From Girardia tigrina (lineage: Eukaryota), in the NCBI GenBank assembly GCA_001938485.1, contig MQRK01224520.1:19783-83782 (forward strand): DNA of 64,000 bases. The letters are read 5' to 3'. The position numbers and the translations under genes are program-made. Below, in pieces: positions 53,721 to 64,000 of this stretch (positions are counted from its first letter, which is position 1; each line of letters starts with the position of its first letter). The notes below the pieces were generated by a model, which was not told the origin of the DNA, did not search any database, and was given only the letters and a program-made list of their open reading frames with translations.

Positions 53721-54927
53721 AAGTTAAAGTGCGTATTAACCACCTACAAAGATTTTGAAAAATTATATCATACGTTGTCATGTATTAACAATAGGTAGCT
53801 GTGTCAAAGTCACTACAACCCTTAAGCCACGCAAATAACAATTGTATAAAAAACTGATCACTGAGATCATCGAGTGGAGAAAGAAAAAGAAAGAAAAAGA
53901 ATAAAGTTAAAATTTGGAACTTTTGAGGAAGATCTAAAAATTAAAATATTCGGAAAATTTAGAATTATTGTCTAATATATAATTACATATTTTCAATTAA
54001 TATATTTTCTATATATATTTAAAATCACATAGGAGTAAGCTAATTTCGTTTCTCCTTTCTACCCAAACTATAAATTCTAATAACTAAGGTTAAGTTATTT
54101 CCAAAATGTGTAAATATTTTGATCTTCAAATAATATTTTATTAAAAGAACTTCATGATTTTTGATTTTTCGTTTTTATTTAAATAATCACCTAGATACCT
54201 CAACATATTTATAGTAAAAGATATTTATCATTATATTCAAATTGGAAAATGTTTTCTATAATTTAAAGAAGCGTACAAAGTAGAATTGTAAAAACTATCA
54301 ATATTTAAACCGATATATTAATAAATTATTTTCCGAAAATATTTTTTGAATACTCTAAATTTTGACCCGAGTTATTATGAAGGTACTACTTGTGAAATTA
54401 TGGCGAAAGACAATTTGTCGATTTTGACTTATATCGCATTGTTCAATTACGGGTACAAGTGCTTGGAAATATGGGTAATTTTATTTTAGTTTCAGAACAA
54501 ATAAGATAATCTTTTATCATTTCAGATAATCAATCTCGATCGATAGTAAACATTAACCGGATGCTGCTGAATAATTTTTCGAGGCAAGTGGTCCTAAGTT
54601 AGAAGGGGATCCTGACCCGGTAAATAAATTATTAATTATTATTATAATAATTTATTATTTATATGTAACAGTAGTTGCATTTGTAGGAAATGCAGCGAGT
54701 AGATTCAAATCGCACAGTTTTATTTATTTCTATGAAGATATTTAATCCAATCGCGTAGTTGATAAATAAATTTTGGTTTGATTATGTAATTTTATTATTC
54801 CAAAATAACTTAACTGTATATATTATAATATATTATGAGATAGGATAATGAAAACATAAATGCATCTCGAAATATTATGCCTTTCTGTTTCTATTTATTT
54901 TGTAAAAAGTAATTTTAAAATAGTATG

Positions 54928-56659
54928 TACAGGGTGTCCCACAGGGTATGCCTTCGCTAATTTTGATGTTAAATTGAAGTTTAGGGTATATATATTGTAT
55001 ATTGACTAATAAAAAAAATTTTAAAAATCTAGCATCATAAAAGATTATGCAATAGTTTTTCAAAAAAAATTGGAAAAACAAGTTAAATAATGACTCATTT
55101 TATAGATTATCCAATTTTAAACAACTTTTTTGAAGTAAACATATGTACTAAAATGAACAGTAACAAAGTTATTCAATAAATTATATTTAAAGATATTTAA
55201 ATTAATTTCATCGATTAAAACAATAAATCGATCAATTTGTAATTACATTTTGATCCCTAGAATCCATTTTGTTTATTTAGAGTGTGTTTTAGTTTCGAAC
55301 AGCTTTATTTTTATTCAGCGAAAATGAACCGATCATAAGAGGTTAAATAATTCAAGAAAAAGTTTGAAAATCACCATAATATAGATCCAAAGACAATTAA
55401 AAGGTTAGTAAAAGCGTTTAAAATGAATTAAACTATTTTTATCATTATTTAAGAGTATTTGACAAATTTATGACTACTGGTAGCTTAATGGACGATAAAG
55501 AAGGGATGCAAACGAAGAAAAGTACGGTTATCGTCGAAGAAAATGTTAAGAAAGTTGAGGAATTGATCAGGCAAAGCTCTTTAATATCGATTAGAATGGC
55601 AAGCAAGTAACTGGACATCAATAAATCATCGGTGCAAAGAATTATCAAGAAGGAATTGTCGTTATTTCCATACAAGATTCAAACCAATAAAACCATAAAT
55701 CAACTTTCCGGTGAAAGACGTTTGGAATTTACAAATCAAATGTTGATAATGGTACAAAATAACAATATTGATTTCAGAAAGATTTTGTTTTCAGCTGAAG
55801 CGCACTTTCAAATGGAAGGATACGTTAATAAGCAAAATTGTAGAATTTTGGGATCAGAAAATCCACCTTATTCCATTATAAAACCCTTGCATCCGAAAAG
55901 ATTAACTGTTTGGTGTGCTATATCTTCAGAAATACTTATTGGACCGGTTATCTTTTCTGAAAATATTAAGTCAACGGTTTATTCAAACATTATTCAAGAA
56001 CAAGTACCTTATTTATATGGTTTGGGAAAAATAAGCGACTTTTATTTCATGCAAGATGGTGCTAGACCGCATAGAATCTGCGAAGTATTCGATTATCTTT
56101 CAGAAAATTTCGACAGTAGAATAATTGATATTGGATTCAGAGAAATTTACTGGTAAAGGAATGTGTTGACCTCCTTATTCACCTGATCTGAATCCATGCG
56201 ATTATTTTCTTTGGGGATAAAGGATGGTATTTATAGAACTCCAGTGGTTCATTTGGAAGATTTCAAAAATCGAATTGAAGCCAGAATTCGAGAGATCACT
56301 CCTGAAATGTTAAAGAGTTGTAAATAACTCTCTTAATTACAACGAAATGTAATTCTTTAAGAAGGATCTAACTTTGAACATCTATTTTATTAATAAATAT
56401 TGTTTTTATTGAATAACTTTGTTACTGTTCATTTTAGTGCATATGTTTACTTCAAAAAAGTTTTTTAAAATTCAATAATCTATAAAATGAGTCATTATTT
56501 AACTTGTGTTTCCTAAATTTTTTGAAAACTTTATTACGTAATTTGCTATATGATGCTAGATTTTTAAAACTTTTTTATTAGTCAATATACAATATATGGA
56601 CCATAAAATTCAATTTAACATCAAAATTAGCGAAGGCATACCCTGTGGGACACCCTGTA
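54928..56659 (+). mobile_element. Tc1/mariner element of the DD41D (rosa/Visitor)-like group with about 250-bp TIRs and TA target duplication
   Basis: TA-CAGGGTGTCCCACAGGGTATGCC at 54928, with its inverse ending at 56659. TIRs span 54930-55180 and 56405-56657. Motifs LFSAEAHF..GYVNKQNCRI, VWCAIS..IGP, FMQDGARPH and PPYSPDLNPCDYFLWG. Stops and frameshifts present. Confidence 0.93.
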
Positions 56660-57298
56660 TGTTTCAAAAAAATGAGTTCATTTTTTGTGGAATTTTTTAA
56701 TAAAAAATTAGTCTTTTATAATGTTTAAAAAATTAATTAAAATAAAAAACTCAATAATGGGAATGGCATTCCCAATTTATTATTATTATGATTGGATAAA
56801 TAGAAATAGAAATAGAAATTAACTAAGTTCAAAATGGATTTCGAAATGAAAATTCATTTACTTACAATAAAAAATCAAAAACTGGAATATCATTCCCAAA
56901 AACACGTATATATTTCAATAATTATGAAAATAAATTCCAATTATTTTATGTTTTAAAAACTTTTTGTATAAATAAAACTTCTAATTTGATTTTTTTAAAA
57001 TTTCAAAAATATTAGGAATAGATATAAAAGTTTTAAAGAGAAATAAATTGATTAGTCAGTTTGATAAATTGAATTTAAAAGAATCTACCGGTAAACATGA
57101 AGGACGTGTTTCGATCTGTGGGACGAGTTAGCCTATGAGAAGTGCGGGCACAATGTTAAAACTTATATTATGGTCTATATTAAATTAGGGTCTATATATT
57201 GTATATTGACTAATAAAAAGTTTTAAAAATCTAGCATCTAGTAATAAAAATCGAATTTTTAAAAAAGGCGATCAATTTTAATGATAAAATTTTGTTGT

Positions 57299-57780
57299 TG
57301 TGAGGGATAAATTGTGAATGTTGTAAGTTTGTTGTTTTTATGCTGTTTAGATTTGTGACTCTCCTACTCAGATGGGATTGATATGTTATTTGATTAATTA
57401 TTTGAATCTAATGAAATTAATTTAATGATATTAAATTAAAGTACTAATTAATTAAAGTTTGATAATTATGAATTTTAATAATATATTCAGTAAACGATTT
57501 TAACTTATTAAATTTAATATTTTTAAAAATTAATGTTTATTTTAAAAATTACATAATGTATTTTTATCCAATAAAAATTAGGAGAAATTAAAATGTAATA
57601 TTAATATTTCCCCATTCATAAATTTTTTCATATTTAAATATTTAATCAAAAACTATATTAATCAAAGAATGATGACTACTGAAAATTGTTGTGAAGAATC
57701 TGTTTGTGTTGTAAATAAATGTTTGCATTCAAATTGTGATGTTGTTAATAGTTGTATTGGATTAAAAAAATTTGATTTAT
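57299..57780 (+). repeat. TGTGAGG-family repeat copy 3, with a Cys-rich reading-frame start (MMTTENCCEESVCVVNKCL)
   Basis: Reverse complement of 1-152, and homologous to 1890-2379. Confidence 0.8.
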
Positions 57781-60167
57781 TGTCAGAAGTTAAAATCGAA
57801 TTTTTGTGATAACTGCTTCCTTTAAAAATTTTGAAAACATTTAAAAATAAAGCAACTGGTATTTTCTCAGATGGAAGCCGAAGCGTATCCTTGCATTAAA
57901 AACTCGCACTCTTGAATCTGAACCCATGTTAGAGGATTTTGTATTTGTCAAATGGTTTATACTCGATACAGAGTCTATGATTCACTACCCTTTGAACTCA
58001 TACTGAGGATTATTTGTAATTCACAGTTATCCATCACAGTCAATTATTCTTTTGATTTTAACAAAATTATGAAAACATCTATTGATTGAAGTTGATTAAA
58101 ATCGCTTTCATATTTATTCGAAATATTTATTCTGTTTATTTCAAACAAACATCATTTGCATTTTTAAGTTAAATAAGAGCCGTGATTTAAACGAAATCAA
58201 ATCTTAGTTAATATCAGAAAATATAAATCAAATCGGTGGTCATTCATAATATAACACCAAGCTCCTTAATATAAATGTTTTCTTTAATTTTTAAATAAAA
58301 AGCTGATCTTGTATATGCAAAACTAATAAGGCTACAATCATAAGATTTTAAGCACAAACAATAAAATCATAAATACTGAAAATGAAAAGAAGACAAACCG
58401 GATTATGGACATCACAGCAAACAGAGAATTATGATTCCCCTATAAACATTATCAGAAAATTCAATAAAAGAAAAGTACAAAGAATCAAGGAACATCATCA
58501 CAAATTCAATCGCTGACGTAGTAACAAGCCTACTGAATAACTTTAAATAATAAATATTTTTCAAAACATTGTTGAATGTTTTTTATAGAATTACAATTAA
58601 TAGAGATTTTAAAAAATTTATACGTCAGTGAAGAACCAGTGAAGTTAATTAAAGTGAAATGAATTGTCGGTCTATCCTAACAATGAGGTAAATTAAATAG
58701 CAATCGTAGTTCTCGATCACGGTTCTCGTGTGTAAGAAATCAAAAAGGCGAACTAGCCTACTACAAAATTTATTAACATAAAATAATTTGTTTGAAAATT
58801 AAATCATTTGCTGCTCTTTCCTTCGTCTGGTATTCTTCCGCATTTTTGAATTTGCCATTTTTCTTTATTTATTCTTTAAACAAAAAATCGCGTTTTCGTT
58901 TTTTTGATTAAATAATAATTTATTTTTTATTGATTCAAATTGTGCTTCTTTAATTTTTCTAAAAGAATTTTTGTCAAACTAATTAAGACATTTCTGAGTG
59001 AGTCTTTTTTATAGGAAAATGTGCTTCGAAAAAATTTGTTGATTAATAATTATTTTAAAATAAAATAGTAACAAAAATTGAATGTTATTTACATTACTGA
59101 AATTTGTAAAATTTGAATGGATTGATTATTCAAGGAAGATCGAAGCGCCACAGCAATTTATTCAGATTATTGTATTAAAAATGTTTAGCTTCTTATTCTT
59201 ACAATAGAAAAGATTTTTCTAATTAAGAAATATTTAATTTAGTAATCGCTCTTTAAAATGAACATTAAACTATATTATTAATCGTTCTCAAAATTGAACT
59301 CTATTGTGCATTCTTGGTGCTCTACAATTTAGGGAGCGTTAAATTTGGGGGAATTCAAATTTTATTTAAAACAAACAACATTTTTTGTGTGATCCAGAAA
59401 TTTTTTTTTCTTAATTTAATGTCGTAATCGATGCTTAGTATCGTTTTGTTTTGTAAATAAAAATTTGAATTTGAAAAAAGCGAACAAGAAATATTTCTTT
59501 AATGGAGTTTTTTTCCTTTTTACTTAGTTTATTTTCTTTCAAATGAAGATTTGTAATTTAAGTTTGGCGAAAATGAGAGACAAAAAGTTTTGGAAATTGA
59601 ATGGTTGAATCTAGATAAGTTTGAAAATGATCTAGTGATGGTCAAAAAAACATGGCGAAACACTGAGTGAGAGTTTTGTTCAAACTTCGCATGATGTTAA
59701 AACTGAGGTGTTAAATAAACGAAATGGTCGTGAAGTTGAAGACTTGAAAAATTCATCGATTAGTGAATCGATGCCGAATGAAGCATTTAAATAGTTATAG
59801 ATCATGTTTTTGAATCTGAGCGTTAAATTGAGGAATTTGTTGGCGAATGCAGCCACCTTTCATGAAAAAGCTCGGTATTTCTGTCCCAATCACACTTTGG
59901 CAAAAAATTTGCATGAAGGCTACTGACATTCCCAATTGAATTATCTCCCCCATGGTGGATTGAACACTTTGCCTCGTGACAAATTTCCTGAGCTCCTTTC
60001 TTAACACCTTCATAGTGGCTATTAAAAATTACCTCTGTGACTTTTTTCATGTGGGTATTCACGTTTACGTGAAGAAACCTCAAACAATTATCAAATTCAA
60101 GAATGGAAGAAGATATATTATTATTTATAATAGATCCAATGATTACCTGCAGAAACAATTATAATGG

Positions 60168-60472
60168 AACAATCTGTGATATTTTGGTTTTTGTAATTTT
60201 ATGTTAAAAAAATATATTGAAAGAACTCAGAAAAAAATTATGGAAAATTTATTATCGTTGTAAAAATTATTATTATGGAAATTAACAAAATTGTATCGGT
60301 TTAAATAATCAGCATTGTGAGTTTTGTTTAAATAATCATAAAATAATTCGAAATTGAAAACCGTCTTTTTGATAAATTTTGAAGTTACTTCGATTTGAAA
60401 TTTAGTGCCGTGAATTTTTTTTCTCGTCAATCAAATTGAATTCTCCGGCTTCATTTCGTTTCGATTTGACTT
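60168..60472 (+). repeat. Unclassified dispersed repeat, copy B
   Basis: Collinear with 16158-16570. Confidence 0.75.
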
Positions 60473-61589
60473 ACATCGAGAATAATCGATCGATTTTTTT
60501 ATATATAATATATATATACATATAGTGGTATGTAAAAGTCTGAATACACTTTCCTTTTTAAGCAACTCAAACAAAACGTCTTAAATAATTAACAAAAGTA
60601 TACATCATAAATCAAAAACGTAAAAAGCATATGCATTATAACAACTGTAACATCATTTAATATTTAATATATTGAAACTAGTTTGATGACACTGATAATT
60701 CCATAGTAGATAATGTCCTCTTTATCTATTTTGATCATTTGAAATCTCAACAGAAAAATATGATTTTCATACACCAACATCCTACAAAAAATTGAAATAC
60801 AGGAGTGGGCGCTAAATCCATTTACTTATGTTTGTACAGGTGACACTTCTCTTGTAATTTAAAAAGACCTAATTTCTGTAAAAAATCGGATTTTTAGTTT
60901 TAAAAAGAAATTCCTGAATGATAGCCGAATCTGAAGTATGAATTAAATTTTATTTCATTTCCTTTCCATAATTTTACACAGATGAATACAATTTTAGTTT
61001 ATCAAACATTGTTCAGCATCATTAAAATTTACGTAATAGATTTTAAATTTAATAAATTTGTATATTAATACAATATATATTTTGGATATTATACAATTGA
61101 ATAATCTTTAAATGGCAGTGGTAATTCAAATTTAATTGAATTTTAATTTAATTTAATCTAAATTTCTTTGAAATAAAATTAAAAGATTTTAATTTTTAGG
61201 AATAAAATGTTTTTTAATTTCAAAAAATAATGTTTAATATAAGATTAAATTAAGATCGAATTAAATATTATTTTAAAATTTCAGTTTTAGAAATAATAAT
61301 TAGGTAAATATCGGCGAATATATTATTAAAAGTTTAAAATTTGTTGGTAATAAAAATTATTAATTGTGCTATTCATGACTGACAATATTGACCTAACTAA
61401 CAGTGTGAAAGCCACTTTTGATAATATAATTACAACTATTAATGTTGAAGAAATATTTAAGAAAATCGAACGACGTGTTGTTTTAACAAAATTGCATAAA
61501 TAACAATAATTGTACAAATAATATATCTATAACATTAAGATTTAATTACAATTTATTTGTAAAGAAAATGAAGAACAAACACCATTTAA

Positions 61590-62270
61590 AAAGTTTTTTA
61601 TTTGTCAAAACATGTTTCGCCATTACGGCATCATCAGTTGTGAAGTAATTTCAAATTACAAGTCATTTATATGGCACATTGACTATTACGCAATTATTAA
61701 TTTTATTAATTAATATTAAAAGATTTTAATATGATTGGATAATTCACTTTGAACATTTAAGCATGGTTTTAAATGCTTTATTAATAATTCCTTAGTGACT
61801 ATCCTCTCATGATGTGTCAAAATTTTTCTTCAAAACTGTAAATTCAGTTTCATAGTTAACTTTATCTCTATTTCTGCATTTTTAAATGTGATCTAGAATC
61901 GAACTATTCCTACTCAATTGGGAACTATTCAGCTATTCTAGTGTGCAGATGACGATTTGTTTCTCCAATGTAAAAGGATTCACGTTTGTGACATTTAAAC
62001 TGATATACTAGATTAGCTTGGTCACCCGATGGAGATTTTGATTTATTTGAGAAATATTTCGATAGTTTATTAGTTATAGAGATCACCCGCAAATTAAAAC
62101 CCGAAGGAACCTTTTTCATTAGGCCTTTCCTCAAATCAGACGCACCTTCAGAAAATGGTAATTTTAAATTTATTGTTTTTATTAAATTACTATTATCATT
62201 ATTTATAATGTTTTCATTTTTATTATTAGATTTTTCACGAATTGAGTCAATTGTAATTTTTATCAAATTA
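61590..62270 (-). mobile_element. Penelope-like retroelement 3' remnant (GIY-YIG endonuclease and 3' terminal region)
   Basis: LKLPF...NLVYQFKCHKRESFYIGETNRHLHTRIAE, then ELLIKHLKPCLNVQ near 61745-61790, followed by a hammerhead motif and AATAAA. Confidence 0.88.
61606..61640 (-). ncRNA. Minimal type I hammerhead ribozyme (Penelope-associated), possibly decayed
   Basis: Minus strand reads CAA-CTGATGA-T-GCC-GTAAT-GGC-GAAA-CATG-TT-TTG: conserved cores, 3-bp stem II, palindromic ACATGT stem III and a CAA/TTG stem I. Confidence 0.75.
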
Positions 62271-64000
62271 TTTAAATAATTTTTATTGTACCTGTAAAAA
62301 TCAGTTTGTCGCTAGAGCAGAAGTTGTGCTAAAAATGATAAAAAAATTAATAAATATCCGACAAACTGATCTTCACTATAAATAGAGGGATCAAAGCAAA
62401 ACAACGTGTTTTTTTCAAAGTTAATATTTTAACTAAAACCAATACAAATGATTCCGTAACTTATAACACTCACTCAAAAAAATAGCAAACAAATAACTGT
62501 GATAAATAAACGTCACCTCGTGGACAGTCGATTTGAACAATTAAATTAAATAGTCGTTTGATAGAAAATTACGAGATTTCTTTTTTTCGGTGAATGAACT
62601 CTGATAATGGACAAATAAACTCCTTTGAGATAATATTGTACGTCAGATTATTATGGTTATTAGCCAAAAATTATTAGAGATTAATTATTGTCGTTGGCCA
62701 AATATGAATTTAAAATTTACGATCGATGATATTGATCGCAATTCTAAATTCATATTTCTGGCTTTAATGCGAAATAATTATAATAATTTCTTTTCTCTTG
62801 TATTATTCTTTTCTTAAGAATTCTTTCTTTCTTGTTTTATTCTTTTCTTGTAAATTCTTTTTTTTCTTATTGACAAAAAATGCAAATCATAAACCAAAAT
62901 ATAAATAAAAAAATAAAATAATAACACATCGTAAATATTAGTACAGAGAAACATAAAAATGTACTATAGATTAATACGACGTACACAAACCAAAAAAAAT
63001 CGGACACAGATCACGCCCACCACAAAAAATGGTATCTTGTGAGATATCACAAGTCCCCTCTAGGAGTACGGAGTCTGTTGTAGGTTTTTTTATATGTATC
63101 ACACTATTTTAACATTTCTGAAATTGTAAGTTTTGTGTCGATTTTTAACCCTTCCCCTAATGAAAAATATCGTTCTCGATATTTAAACTAGAATGCAAGA
63201 CATTTGAGGGATCTAGTGGGATACCAATAAAGAAAAATGATAATTTGCCAATGATTTTAAATAAGGATAATAATAATAGTAATAAGCATAATAATAATTA
63301 TATAAAGAGAATACTATTTACAAAGATATAGTACTCAAAGAGGATTATTTTTCGAAAAGACAATTATTCAACTCTCTAAAAGTTCTAAGCTATAAGAATC
63401 GTAATATTGATAGTAATAATGGATACTAAAATCGATAAAGGTGAAAAAATAAAAAGACACAGAAACGCAGAAAAAGATTTAAAATATTTTTAGAATGTAA
63501 TATTCAATTTTTTGTAATATTCATGATAATATTTACTTTACTACAGTGAGGAATATTTCTGAATGGTGCTAATCGTGTGTTGCTTGATAATCAGCTTTAA
63601 TATAAAAATATTTTTACAAATATAAAAAATATTAGTTATTTTAAAATAACTTTAACGTAACTCAAAAAAAATTATTCCAAGTAAAATAAATTCTCTCGTT
63701 ATTAATTATTTACGAGAATATCAGATTAATCAAAAATAAATAACGATATCAGAAACTCCGCTTCGCTCTCGGAGATGGGCCTTTGTCAGCGCACCCCGAG
63801 TCCCCCCGATGTGGATTTTAATATAAAAGGAATTTATTTTTGAGGAATATTGTCATTTAATTTTCTAATAAATGTAAGTTTCGATTTTATATATATTTTT
63901 TTAATATTTTAATTTTATATATTTATACTGTTTAAAAAAATTCTAAATAATAATAATTAGCAATAAATAAAAATTTTAAAATAGTAATAATACTCATAAG

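Noticed and set aside
63752-63812. GC-rich segment reminiscent of an snRNA 3' end
   Set aside because: No Sm site or recognisable U snRNA sequence. It looks like a MITE-type GC motif.
44624-64000. Search for the kinase 5' exon(s) carrying the Gly-rich loop
   Set aside because: The candidates I translated (45190-45435, 46380-46730, 46940-47100, 48638-48880, 50500-50570, 60830-60935) lack a GxGxxxxV motif or an open phase-1-compatible frame, so none was assigned.

Overview
Very AT-rich eukaryotic (probably metazoan) DNA made mostly of decayed transposable elements: Transib, hAT-like, three MULE/Mutator, piggyBac, Tc1, mariner, pogo/Tigger, a DD41D-like Tc1/mariner, Gypsy LTR remnants and a Penelope-like element. 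Only one host gene appears intact. It is a minus-strand, divergent PINK1-like Ser/Thr kinase. Four exons (44414-44621, 40690-40844, 22370-22632, 19920-20234) splice with GT-AG sites and matching phases into about 313 codons without an internal stop, across introns of about 3.6, 18 and 2.1 kb. The ORF track misses the catalytic-loop exon, and I could not find the 5' exon(s). Also present: an H2B pseudogene with its histone 3' stem-loop, a minimal type I hammerhead ribozyme at the Penelope 3' end, a Transib end carrying a perfect RSS heptamer, an unclassified TGTGAGG-terminated repeat family, and a strong strand bias of TE remnants. No rRNA, tRNA or CRISPR array is supported. All family calls come from motif recognition by eye, not from database searches.
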